DNA of 64,000 nt from an uncultured Gemmatimonadales bacterium (GCA_963844035.1 CAWJMT010000004.1:192001-256000), one strand, 5' to 3'. Shown: positions 43,815 through 54,276, numbered from the stretch's first letter. The notes: generated from the sequence alone by a model not told the origin. Program-made: numbers and translations.

Positions 43815-44498
43815 ATGGGATCGCGCGACGTCGACGTCCGCGCTGCCTCGCGCCGGATGATCACTACCAGCGAGCGCGAGCTCCAGCGCATCGTACTCGA
43901 CATGCACGATGGGCCGGTGCAGGACATTTTCGCCGCCCTGTCGCAGCTGCAGGTGCTGGAGCGCGCGCTCGTGGCCGATCCTGAGTCGCACGAGCGGGCA
44001 CAGCAGGCCGTCGGCTTGCTGGAGCGGGCGCTCGCGGAGATCCGCAACTTTATCGGCGCCTTCCGGCCCCCGGGGTTCGAGCGACGGCCGCTCGAGGCCA
44101 TCATCGAAGGCCTGACGGTTCAGCACGAGACGCTCACGGACCAGACCGTGGAGCTCACGGTGCCGGAGGAGCTCTTTGACTGTGCCCTGTCGACCAAGAT
44201 CGCGATCTACCGGATCCTCCAGGAGGCGCTGGCGAACGGGCACCGCCACAGCGGAGCACCGCGCCAGCGCGTCAAGGTGGCGCAATACGGTCAGACCATC
44301 ACGCTCGTCGTGTCGGACGATGGGCGGGGGTTCGATCCCAAACGGGTACTGGCGCTCGAAGCGGATGTCGGGGTGGAAGGCGGGCATTTCGGCTTGCGGG
44401 GCATCCAGGATCGCGTCGCGATGCTGGGTGGAACGTTTGCGATCGAGAGCGCTCCAGGCGAGGGCACCGCGCTGACCGTTACGTTGCCAGCCGAGTGA
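43815..44498 (+). CDS. HisKA_3 histidine kinase without sensor domain
   Basis: RBS GGAGG; ERE.QRI..DMHDGPVQ, QEALAN..RH, DDGRGF, HFGL. Confidence 0.85.
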   Translation: MGSRDVDVRAASRRMITTSERELQRIVLDMHDGPVQDIFAALSQLQVLERALVADPESHERAQQAVGLLERALAEIRNFIGAFRPPGFERRPLEAIIEGLTVQHETLTDQTVELTVPEELFDCALSTKIAIYRILQEALANGHRHSGAPRQRVKVAQYGQTITLVVSDDGRGFDPKRVLALEADVGVEGGHFGLRGIQDRVAMLGGTFAIESAPGEGTALTVTLPAE

Positions 44499-45118
44499 CC
44501 TCGGTTCGCATGATCCGTGTGCTGCTCGCGGACGATCACGCGATCGTCCTCGAGGGCCTGCGCGCCCTGCTCGATGGCGAGCCGGGCCTGAAGGTCGTGG
44601 CAGCGACAACGGACGGCGCGGAAGTGGTCAAGCTGGTCGAGCAGCACAAACCCGACGTGGTGGTGCTCGACTTGGAGTTGGCCGGCATGAAGGGCACTGC
44701 GGTGCTCGCGGCGCTACGCGAGCGGCCCGACCCTCCCAAGGTCCTCGTGCTCACGGCGTACAACGACGGGGACGCGCTTCGCTCGGCGCTCGACGCCGGC
44801 GCCGACGGCCTGGCGCTCAAGACCGAATCGCCACAGCAAACCCTCACGGCCATCCGTCAGGTCTACAGTGGACAGCTCGTCTTCCCGCAGGCCGCCCGGC
44901 GGTGGATCGAAGGTCGCGGGGCCGGCGCGCCGGGGGAATTGACTCCGCGCGAACGCGAAGTCTGGGCGCTGATGGCGGCAGGGTTGAGCAATCCGCAGAT
45001 CGCCGAGCGGCTGGGGCTCTCGGAAAACACCGTCAAGTTCCACGTGCAGCATCTCTTCTCGAAACTCGGCGTGAAGAACCGCACCGAGGCGGCACTCAGG
45101 TTCGCGCGCGGCCGGTAG
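44495..45118 (+). CDS. NarL/LuxR-family response regulator
   Basis: ADDH receiver plus LTPRERE...GLSN..IA...TVK.H HTH. Confidence 0.95.
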   Translation: MTSVRMIRVLLADDHAIVLEGLRALLDGEPGLKVVAATTDGAEVVKLVEQHKPDVVVLDLELAGMKGTAVLAALRERPDPPKVLVLTAYNDGDALRSALDAGADGLALKTESPQQTLTAIRQVYSGQLVFPQAARRWIEGRGAGAPGELTPREREVWALMAAGLSNPQIAERLGLSENTVKFHVQHLFSKLGVKNRTEAALRFARGR

Positions 45119-45779
45119 CTGAGTAGATCAGGGTGGCCCAGCACCACCGGCTGCCCCGTTTTTCCACGCGAATCGACCCTTCCGCGGCCAGCGTTTCCAC
45201 CAGCGGGAAGTGCGCCAGGATCCCCTCGGTGAGCGGGTACCACTGCTCCTCCACCAATTCCACGGTCGCGAACCGGGCGCGGGCCGCGTCGAGCACCGCT
45301 GCCTCGCGCGACAGCGTGAGCACCGGGAAAATGAACCGACCCCCCGGGGTCAGGTAGTCCGGCGCTTGGGCGAGCACGTCGAGAATCCACCGCGTGCCGT
45401 CGCGGCCGGCGTCGCTCGGTACCCCCTCCGGGTACCAACCCGAAACGCTCGCCAACGGCTCCGCCACCCCCGCCACGTCGTCGACGATCAGGTCGAAAGA
45501 CGCTCCGGACCACGGCTCAAACAAACTCCCCCGGCGGCAGTCCACCTGCACGGCGTGACGGGACGCGTTCTGGCCGGCGAGGCGGACGGCCGATGCGCTC
45601 AGGTCGGATGCGCATACCTTCGCGCCCGGGAGGCCCTTGGCCAGGACCACCGCGACGATGCCGCAGCCGCAGCCCAGATCGAGCACGGAGCGGGGGTGGT
45701 GCGCGAGGGCGCGCCGGGCCGCTCGCAGCAACAGCACGGTGGTGGACGTAGGATAGAAGACGTCCGGGGCGGTGGCCAC
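45096..45779 (-). CDS. Class I SAM-dependent methyltransferase (HemK-like)
   Basis: VF.P..TT, LDLGCGCG, SDLS, GSLFEP; start uncertain. Confidence 0.8.
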   Translation of the reverse strand: MATAPDVFYPTSTTVLLLRAARRALAHHPRSVLDLGCGCGIVAVVLAKGLPGAKVCASDLSASAVRLAGQNASRHAVQVDCRRGSLFEPWSGASFDLIVDDVAGVAEPLASVSGWYPEGVPSDAGRDGTRWILDVLAQAPDYLTPGGRFIFPVLTLSREAAVLDAARARFATVELVEEQWYPLTEGILAHFPLVETLAAEGSIRVEKRGSRWCWATLIYSATGRART

Positions 45780-46221
45780 GCTGACGGCCTCGTGTGTCCC
45801 CGAGCTTCTTGTCGCGGTATGTGAATTCGCGCGACGACGCCGGCGGTCATGAGCCTCCGGACCACCGGCGTGAGGCGCCGGCATCGAGAGCGCCCGGTGC
45901 GCTACAGCCTGCAGTGGTGTGGCGGAATAGGCGCAGGTTTGGTTTCATCCCATTTCAGTCGCCGGATCGATCGGATGGCGTGAACCTGCCACGCGACGTC
46001 GTTGCCTGCGCAGCAGCGTGGGAATCTACGCCAAGCAATTCACAATTGCTGCACCCGGCCGGTCGCGCACCTCAGCGGGGTGCACGGATGTGCAACTTGA
46101 CAGGTTCCCCTGGCGGCCATACCGTCTCTCGGCTTTTTGCAGGCGCGACCGGACCACTCTCCGGACCGAGCGTTTTGCCGCTCTTCGCTTCTCTCGTCGT
46201 CGCCCTAGGAGGCTCAAGCGT

Positions 46222-46685
46222 ATGAACATGTTGCTGGCGTTGGCCCTTAGTGTCGGAGTACTGGTCGCGGTGTTTTACAAGGTCGCGTTCATGCTGAGCA
46301 TGTTGTGGTACGTCGGCCTGATCGGTTGGGCCTGCTTCATGGCCGCCGGTGGGAAACTGAACGGCTTGAAAAAAGCAGCCGTGGCGGGCTCGGAGGCATG
46401 TTCTGGGTGGCGGTCGCCGAAATGACCTCGCTCATGAGCGGCCAGATGCAGATGGAGTGGCTCTTCCTCGCCATTGCGGCATTCATGATCGTCCTCCAGT
46501 CGAGATTGTCCTGGTTCTCGTTCATACCGGCCGGCCTGGCCGGGGCAGCGGTCATCGCGGCGGGTGGGCCCGTGGGAATTTTCGACGCGGTCACCAATTT
46601 CAGACTCGGCGTGGTGTTCGTGCTCGGGACCATCATCGGGTTTATCGCCGAGTTGGCGACGGGGATGCTGGCGAAGAAGGCGTAA
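46222..46685 (+). CDS. DUF1097-like membrane protein (frameshift near 46390)
   Basis: RBS AGGAGG; W..FIGWACF.A.GG-like motif and FSFIP in two frames. Confidence 0.7.
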
Positions 46686-46870
46686 CCGACCGGGCGCTGG
46701 GCGCCGCGGGGTCACCGCGCGCCCAGACCCTAGGTCCATCTCGACGAAGCAACTCCCACCTCGATCCAGCAGGCGTCGCCGCCTGAGCGATCACTCCCGA
46801 GCGACGGGTGTAGGTTGTAGGGAACCCCAGGATTCATGAATCTCCGAGTTACGGCTTGCAAGGAGCCACG

Positions 46871-48032
46871 ATGGCCGTAGTCGCCGCCGCTCGCGTGGGC
46901 GCCGAGCCACACCCCGCACCAGCTCCCTACTACCTCGTCGCCAGCGCCTTCGCCGCGTTCAGCGTCGTGGTGGGCGTGGTCTGGGACATTTCCTGGCACC
47001 GCTCGATCGGCCGGGACACGTTCTGGACGCCCGCCCACATGGCCATCTACCTGGGAGGCGTCGTCGCCGGCGCATCGTGCGGCTGGCTCGTGCTGCGTAC
47101 GACGTTTGCGCCGGCGCCGGGAGAAGACGCGACCGGCGTGCGCTTCTGGGGGTTCCGCGGGCCGCTGGGTGCGTGGGTGTGCATCTGGGGCGCGATCGCG
47201 ATGATCACGTCCGCTCCGCTCGACAACTGGTGGCACAACGCGTACGGCCTCGACGTTCAGGTGCTGTCACCCCCGCACACGGTGCTCGCCCTCGGGATAT
47301 TCGGAATCCAGTTCGGCGCGCTGCTCCTCGCGCTGGCGGAGCAGAATCGCAACGCACGTGAGCCGGGGCGTTCATACGGCGTGCTGGTCGCCTGCCTCGC
47401 GGGGGTGGTCATCCAGAACGCCTCGATCCTCGGGCTCGAGCAAATCGGTTTCGCGAATGCCGCCCACAGGTCGCTCTACTACAAGGTCGGCGCTGCTGTA
47501 TTTACGACCGCGCTCGTCGCGGCCGGACGAGCCGCGCGGATCCGCTGGGCGGCGACCACGGCGGCAGCGGCATACATGGCGATTTCGCTCATCATGATCT
47601 GGATCCTGCAGCTCTTCCCCGCCACCCCGATGCTCGCACCGGTGTTCAACCCGATCTCGCACATGGTCTCGCCCCCGTTCCCGCTGCTGCTCGTGATCCC
47701 CGCGATGGCGATCGACTTGCTGTTCGAGCATGCGCGGCAAGGTCGGCGACTGGTGGCTGGCCGTTCTCACCGGTTTCGGGTTCCTGGCGGCGTTCGTCGT
47801 CACACAGTGGTTCTTCGCCGACTTCCTGCTCTCGGAACACGCGCGGAACTTCTTTTTCGGCGTGGACCAGTGGGACTATTCCAGCCACCTCGGGCCATGG
47901 CGCTACCGGTTCTGGCGGGTCGACGCTGATCCCGCCACGCCCCGTGGCTTCGCCTGGGCGGCGTTGATCGCGGTCCTGGCGGCGCGCGTGGGGCTGTGGT
48001 GCGGAACGTGGATGGCCAGGATCAAACGATGA
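46871..48032 (+). CDS. Polytopic membrane protein with PmoC/AmoC-like copper motifs (frameshift near 47730)
   Basis: RBS AGGAG; DISWHRSIGRDTFWTPAH and DNWWHNAYGLDVQVLSPPH; about ten hydrophobic segments. Confidence 0.8.
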
Positions 48033-49548
48033 GGCCTCGCGGCCGCCAGCTGCTCCTCGTCGTGGCGGTCGTGCTGTTCAGCTCGGCCCACGTGGGCAGC
48101 CCCGATACGTATTTCGAGGGCACCGCAGGACCCTACCCGGTACGGGTCATCATACGCAGTCCGGGAGTGGTGCCCGGGCTGGCGCAGATCAGCGTGCGAC
48201 TGCTGGGGCGGGGCCCGGTCCGCCGCGTCCTCGTGCTCCCGGTCTTCTGGGACCCCAAGACCGCAGCGCCGCCGCCGCCTGATGTCGCGAAACCCGTTCC
48301 CGGAGACTCCTCGCTCTACAGCGCATCGCTGTGGCTGATGCGCGAAGGAGCCTACAGCGTGGAGGTGACCGTCGAAGGGGCGCAGGGGTCGGGCAGCACC
48401 CTGGTTCCCCTGACGGCGGTCGCGACCCAGCGGCTCGAGCTGCGAGCTCCGCTCGGCGCGCTGCTGGTTGGCCTCGGCGCCCTGCTGTTCGCGGGCGCGG
48501 TCACCCTGATCGCGGCGGCCGCGCGCGAAAGCACGCTCGACCCGGGCACTACGCCCACAGGCAAGGACAGGCGTCGCGCGCGCTTCGCGGCAGCGGGGGG
48601 CACGGTGCTGTTGGCGCTCGCCCTGCTGGGTGGAAAGGCCTGGTGGAACGCGGTGGATGCGGAGCACCGCAGCGGGTTGTTTCGCCCGATGCATGCGACC
48701 GCCACGCTCCGCACCGGTGGCGAGAATCCGGGCCTCTGGCTCGCCATCGACGATCCCGCCTGGCTTGATCCCCGACGCCAGCAGGCACCCCTCATCCCGG
48801 ACCACGGTCACCTGATGCATCTCTTCCTGGTGCGGGACTCGGGGCTGGCGGCGTTCGCCCACCTGCATCCGTTGCCCCGCGGCGTCGCTCTGTTCGCGAC
48901 CGCGCCGCCACCGCTCCCGGCAGGCCGGTACCGTGTCTATGCGGACATCGTCCACGAGAGTGGGTTCACGCAAACGCTGGTCAGCACGGTGGAACTCCCG
49001 GCGCCGAGCACGTGGCGTGCGGCGGACCCGGATGATTCGTGGATCGTCCTGGGGACGGGGGACGGGGGACGGGGGACGGGTACTGACGCGCGGCCCTAGC
49101 CGACGGATCGACGATGACCTGGCGGCGCGGTGCGGGCCCAATCGTCGTGAACCAGGATGCGCAGCTCGCATTCGCCGTCTCGACCCCAAACGGCGCACCC
49201 GCGACGCTCGAGCCGTACATGGGAATGGCCGGACATCTCGTGCTCACGCGGGACGACGGGGCGGTCTTCGTGCACCTCCATCCCGCGGGCACGATCTCGC
49301 TCGCGGCACAGGAGACCTTCGAGTTGCGCCAGCCCGGTGACACGATCCCCGGGGCGCTCGCGAAGCGACTGACGGAGCGCGAGCACGGTGACGCGATGCA
49401 CCGGGCCATGCCCCCCTCCCCCGGCGTGGTCTCGTTTCCGTACGCATTTCCGCAACCCGGCAACTATCGGATGTGGGTGCAGGTCAAGCGCGGCGGCAGG
49501 ATCCTGACAGGCGTGTTCGACGTGGTGGTGCAGAAGACGGGGAGCTGA
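48029..49548 (+). CDS. Exported membrane-anchored His-rich metal-binding protein (frameshift near 49080)
   Basis: Signal peptide ending SSA|HVGSPD, two TM helices, duplicated domain with DHGHLMH/AHLHP and MGMAGH/VHLHP. Confidence 0.8.
49051..49078 (+). repeat. Heptamer tandem repeat (GGGGACG)x4
   Basis: Direct reading; coincides with the frame break in the CDS. Confidence 0.85.
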
Positions 49549-49555
49549 CCAGGCG

Positions 49556-50090
49556 CTACCGAATGATAGTAGGGCGCCGGATGACGCAGGCCGCCCTCGG
49601 GCGTCCTGATCGCCAGGTCGAGCGAATCGGCGTCCCACACGACGATCGTCACGAGGTCGCTCCCCGGCCGCGAACGTCCTGAGGTCCAATCCGGAGAGCG
49701 CCCGCTCTTTGATGGCGCGGCCTTCGAAACCGAGACGATACGGGTGCGTGTGCCACACCCCGATGACACCTGGGACCTGGCTGCAATCCCCGGTTGACCG
49801 AGTTTTCCCGACGCCTCACACCGGCCGCCGGCGCGAGGTGGCGCACCCGGAGCGTGTCACCGGCATGTCGCCGGTCAGGCAGCCGAGGTACGCGCGAGTC
49901 GGCCTGACCGGCGTTCAACCGTGACGTCGAGCTCCACGTCGCGTCGTTCCAGTTGAGGTTGCTCTGTCGACCAGATGGCGGACATCGAGTCCCAAATCGC
50001 GCTGGGGAGCAGGACGACGGTGACCGGCCGCGCCGGTTCCTGCGCGGCCGCCGCGCTCCACACCAGGAGCAGGGCTGCCGCCGCCCTCAT
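49556..50090 (-). CDS. Secreted protein with JAB/MPN-like motif (multiply frameshifted, end uncertain)
   Basis: Signal peptide MRAAAALLLVWSAAAAQ; YLGCLTG, VIGVWHTHP...LSGLD, LVTIVV in shifting frames. Confidence 0.4.
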
Positions 50091-50590
50091 CGCCGCAGCC
50101 GCGCATACGTGCCCATCACCTGGGCCGTGGCGAGCACGTCGGCTGCCCATGGCCTGCTCGACCTCCCCCTTGGACGCGCCGGGCTTGAGCCCGAGCGGCG
50201 CGGCGAGCGCGTACAGCTTGAAGAAGTAGCGGTGCGCCGGCCCGGGGGCGGGCAGGGGCCGCCATAGCCGAGTTTGCGGAAGTCGTTCTTCCCCTGCACC
50301 GCGCCGCCGAGCTCCCGCGGCGCTTCCACCTTGGAAACGTTCTCCGGGATACCGTCGAGCGATGCGGGCACGTCGTAGAGCACCCAGTGAACCCACGTGC
50401 GCCCGGGGGCGTCAGGATCGTCAGCGATCAGCACGAGCGCGCCGGCGTCAGCGGGCACGCCCTTCCAGCTGAGCGGTGGAGAATGGTCGGCGCCGTCGCA
50501 CGTGTAGACCACGGGGATCGGCGCGCCCTCCTTGAAGGCGGTGCTCGTCAGCGAGAGCCCCACGCGTCCCTCCCGGGTTGCGGCGAGCAA
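50087..50590 (-). CDS. YbhB/YbcL family (PEBP/RKIP-like) protein (frameshifted; start uncertain)
   Basis: SP.LSW, DDPDAP..TWVHW, YGGPCPP, HRYFFKLYAL. Confidence 0.88.
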   Translation of the reverse strand: MLAATREGRVGLSLTSTAFKEGAPIPVVYTCDGADHSPPLSWKGVPADAGALVLIADDPDAPGRTWVHWVLYDVPASLDGIPENVSKVEAPRELGGAVQGKNDFRKLGYGGPCPPPGRRTATSSSCTRSPRRSGSSPARPRGRSSRPWAADVLATAQVMGTYARLRR

Positions 50591-50661
50591 AAAAATAACC
50601 AGGCGACGCGCGGAGAGACGGTGGGATGCGCCCGCACACGGTTCGTTGTAGTCTTGACCCC

Positions 50662-51577
50662 ATGAACGATCGGCAGCATCCGGCGATCTACAAGATCGGG
50701 TTGGTCCAGATGGCGATGTCCCCCGATCCGGAGCAGAACCTCCGCACGGCCGTGGCCCGCGTGGGAGAAGCCGGCGCGGCGGGTGCGCGCCTCGTTTGCC
50801 TCCCTGAATTATTCCGGTCGCAGTACTTCGCGCAGCGGGAGGACGCGGCGCTGTTCGATCTCGCCGAGCCCGTTCCCGGTCCCAGCACCGAGGCCCTGGG
50901 CCGCGCCGCGAAGCAAGCCGGCGTCGTCGTGATCGCCCCCGTGTTCGAGCGACGCGCGCCCGGGCTCTATCACAACAGCGCGGCCGTGATCGACGCCGAC
51001 GGCAGCCTCGTGGGCCTGTATCGCAAGATGCACATCCCCGACGACCCGGCCTACTACGAGAAGTTCTACTTCACGCCGGGCGATCTCGGGTTTCGCGTGT
51101 TCGACACCCGCGTCGGACGTATCGGCACGCTGGTCTGCTGGGATCAATGGTATCCCGAGGGCGCGCGCCTCACCGCGCTTCAGGGGGCTCACATCCTCCT
51201 CTATCCGACCGCCATCGGATGGCATCCTGCCGAGAAAGCGACTCACGGCGCCGCACAGCTCGACGCGTGGCGCACGATCCAGCGCAGCCACGCCATCGCC
51301 AACGGGGTGTACGTGGCGGCGGTAAACCGGGTGGGCCACGAGCGCCCGGCGACCGGGGCCGACGGGATTGAGTTCTGGGGCAATTCGTTTCTCGCCGATC
51401 CGTTCGGCAGCCGTGGTAGCGCAAGCGCCGGCGGATCGGGAGGCGGTCGTGGTGCACGAGGTGAATCTCGCGCGCATCGAGGAGGTCCGCCGCGGCTGGC
51501 CGTTCCTGCGGGACCGGCGGATCGATGCGTATGGCGGGATCGTGGAGCGGTTCCTCGATGCGAGACGCCTGCCGTGA
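50662..51577 (+). CDS. aguB: N-carbamoylputrescine amidase (carbon-nitrogen hydrolase; frameshift near 51410)
   Basis: PELF, YRKMHIPDDP.YYEKFYF, CWDQWYPE triad, WPFLRDRR; next to agmatine deiminase. Confidence 0.85.
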
Positions 51578-51595
51578 AACTGACGCTGACGTCTG

Positions 51596-52645
51596 ATGTC
51601 TGACGGCTTCGTCATGCCCGCCGAGTGGGAGCCGCACCACGCCACCTGGATCGGCTGGCCGCACAACGCGACCGACTGGCCGGGGAAGATCGCCGTGATC
51701 CCGTTCGTGTACGGCGAGATCGTACGGCGGCTCGCGCCCGGCGAGGTGGTCCGGATCCTCGTCAACTCCGCCCAACACGAAGGCCAGGCACGCCGCCTGC
51801 TGGCGCGTGTCGGCGTCGCGCTCGATCGGGTCGACTTTCTGCGGTTCCCCACCAACCGCGGCTGGACGCGCGACTTCGGGCCATGCTTCGTGCGGCGCGC
51901 GGGGCCGCCCGCCGAGCTCGCGATTGCGCGCTTCCGCTTCAACGGCTGGGCCAAGTACCGCAACTGGGCCAAGGACGACCGCATCCCCGAGCGCGCGGCG
52001 CGGCACCTCAAACTGCCCTTGCTCCGCGCCCGGGCCGGGGACCGCGACGTGGTGCTCGAGGGCGGGAGCATCGATGTGAACGGCCGCGGCACGTTGCTCA
52101 CCACCGAGGAGTGCCTGCTCGATCGCGCCGTCCAGGTCCGCAACCCCGGGCTCGGCCGCAAGGAGCTCGAGCAGGTACTGCATGCGTCGCTGGGCGTGAC
52201 CAACGTCCTCTGGCTTGGGGCCGGCATCGCTGGTGACGACACCCATGGACACGTGGACGATCTGTGCCGCTTTGTGGATCCGCACACCGTCGTCCTATGC
52301 CGTGAAGCCGATCCCAAGGACGCGAACTACCGGCCGCTCGAGGAAAACCGCGAGCGGCTCGAAGGGATGCATCTCCAGGATGGGACGAAGGTCGAAGTGG
52401 TTTCCATCCCCATGCCCGCCCCGGTGTACTTCGAGGGTCAACGACTGCCGGCGAGCTATGCGAATTTCTACATCGGCAACGCGGCCGTGTTGGTGCCGAC
52501 CTTCAACGACCCCAACGACCGTGTGGCACTCGGGATTCTCGCTGAGTTGTTCACCGATCGGCCAGTGATCGGCATCCATGCCGTTGATCTGGTGTGGGGA
52601 CTCGGCACGATTCACTGCCTCACGCAGCAGGAGCCGGAACTCTAG
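51596..52645 (+). CDS. aguA: Agmatine deiminase family protein
   Basis: MPAEWE, WTRDFGP, EGGSI, DDTHGHVD, G.IHC.TQQ. Confidence 0.92.
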   Translation: MSDGFVMPAEWEPHHATWIGWPHNATDWPGKIAVIPFVYGEIVRRLAPGEVVRILVNSAQHEGQARRLLARVGVALDRVDFLRFPTNRGWTRDFGPCFVRRAGPPAELAIARFRFNGWAKYRNWAKDDRIPERAARHLKLPLLRARAGDRDVVLEGGSIDVNGRGTLLTTEECLLDRAVQVRNPGLGRKELEQVLHASLGVTNVLWLGAGIAGDDTHGHVDDLCRFVDPHTVVLCREADPKDANYRPLEENRERLEGMHLQDGTKVEVVSIPMPAPVYFEGQRLPASYANFYIGNAAVLVPTFNDPNDRVALGILAELFTDRPVIGIHAVDLVWGLGTIHCLTQQEPEL

Positions 52646-53109
52646 GCGACGGCCGTCGGTGGCAACTCGACGATCTCCAGCCAGTAGCGGCCCAGCACGT
52701 TCATGGCTTCCACGAACCCCGCGAACGTAACCGGCTTCGTAATGAAGGAGTTCACGCCCAGCTGGTAGCTTCGGACGATGTCCTCGTCGAGCCGTGACGT
52801 GGAGAGCACGACGACCGGAATGTCGTGCAGGGTCTTGTCTCCCTTGATCACCTTCAGGGCCTCGCGCCCATCCATCTTCGGCATGTTGAGATCGAGCAGG
52901 ATCAATCCGGGGCGCGGGGCTTTGCCCGTCTCGCCCGCGTACTCGCCGCGCTGGTAGAGGTAGTCGAGCAACTGTTCGCCGTCCTCGACGAATTGCACGT
53001 TGTTCGATATGTGTGCGTCGTCGAGAGCGCGCTGCGTGAGCAGCCGGTCGTCCTCATCGTCGTCGCAGATGAGAATCGTGATCGGGATCGTGTTCTTCGT
53101 TTGCATCAT
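52642..53109 (-). CDS. Single-domain response regulator (Rcp1-like)
   Basis: DDDEDD, LLDLNMPKMDG, SY.LG.NSFITKP. Confidence 0.93.
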   Translation of the reverse strand: MMQTKNTIPITILICDDDEDDRLLTQRALDDAHISNNVQFVEDGEQLLDYLYQRGEYAGETGKAPRPGLILLDLNMPKMDGREALKVIKGDKTLHDIPVVVLSTSRLDEDIVRSYQLGVNSFITKPVTFAGFVEAMNVLGRYWLEIVELPPTAVA

Positions 53110-54276
53110 GCCAGATACCTTGTGGCCGCCTGCGTGACCGGCAGCGTGACTGTGAACGTCGCACCGTTGCCGACGGTGCTGGTCGCGGCGATCGTGCCGC
53201 CGTGCCGCTCGACGATCCTTCGGCAAAGCGCCAGACCAATGCCCGAGCCTTCATACTGCGCCCGGCCGTGGAGTCGCACGAACATTCCAAAGATCTTTCC
53301 CGCGTGCTTCTCGTCGAACCCGATCCCGTTGTCCGTCACGGTGATCGCACGGTACTGGGCGTCGGGGCTCGAACAGCTGAGCCGGACGACCAGCGGCGTG
53401 TCCTTCCGGCGGTACTTGAGCGAATTGCCGAGCAGGTTCTGCAGCAGCTGGCGCATCTGGAGCGGATCGGCAGCGATCACCGGCAGCGCCCCAACCTCCA
53501 CGCGGCCGCCCGACTCCGCGATGGCCGTCTCGAGGTCGGCGATAACCTCTCGGGCAATTCGGGCAAGGTCTGTGGAGACGAACGGCTGGACTCGAGTGCT
53601 CACCTGCGAATACAGGAGCAGGTCGCTGATCAGGGTTCGCATGCGGGCGGCTGCGCTGAGCATGCGTGCGAGGTACTCCTTAGCATTGCCTTCGAGCGCC
53701 GGCCCCGCGGACGTGCTCAGCAGGTCCCCGAACGACAGGATCTTGCGCAGGGGTTCCTGCAGATCATGCGACGCGACAGACGCGAACTCGTCCAGCGCCG
53801 CGTTCGAGCGCTGCAGCTCGCGGTGCTGCTCCGCCAGGCGCCATTCCGTGAGGCGGCGTTCCGTGACGTCTTCAATCGCCAGCAGGATGATACGCGGAAC
53901 GTTCGGTCCTTGGGACACGAGCCGGGCGTTGAGCAGCATGATCTTGCGGCCGATACCGGGAAACTCGTGAATCGACGTCGAAATCGTTCAGGTGCGGTTC
54001 CACCGCGAGCTTGTCGCGCAGCAGCTCGCGGAGGGGCGCAATGTCCCATTGGCCGTCGCCGAGCGTGAAGAGGACCTCGCCGATCGTGTCCTGGGGCTCC
54101 ACGCGAAAGGTGCGAAAGAACGCGCGATTCGCCTGGGTGACGCGAAATTCGGCGTCCAGGACGATGAGGGGCTCCCGGACCGTGTCGATGATATCGAGCA
54201 GCAGGCGCTGGGCGGCGGGCACATCGCGCGCCGCCGCGTCGGAGTAGGTCGGTGTTAAGGTCTCGATGTCCGGCAC
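53106..54276 (-). CDS. PAS-domain sensor histidine kinase (frameshift near 53965)
   Basis: PAS (REPL.VLD...ANRAF), SHDLQEPLR H-box, DNGIG, GSGIGL. Confidence 0.88.

Noticed and set aside
45780..46221. Riboswitch or ncRNA in the 440-nt intergenic region
   Set aside because: Some hairpins are present but no recognisable aptamer consensus or terminator; needs an Rfam search.
46871..49548. Calling the pair pmoC/pmoB or amoC/amoB, implying methane or ammonia oxidation
   Set aside because: No recognisable pmoA/amoA, similarity is limited to motifs and topology, and no methylotrophy or nitrification genes are in the window.
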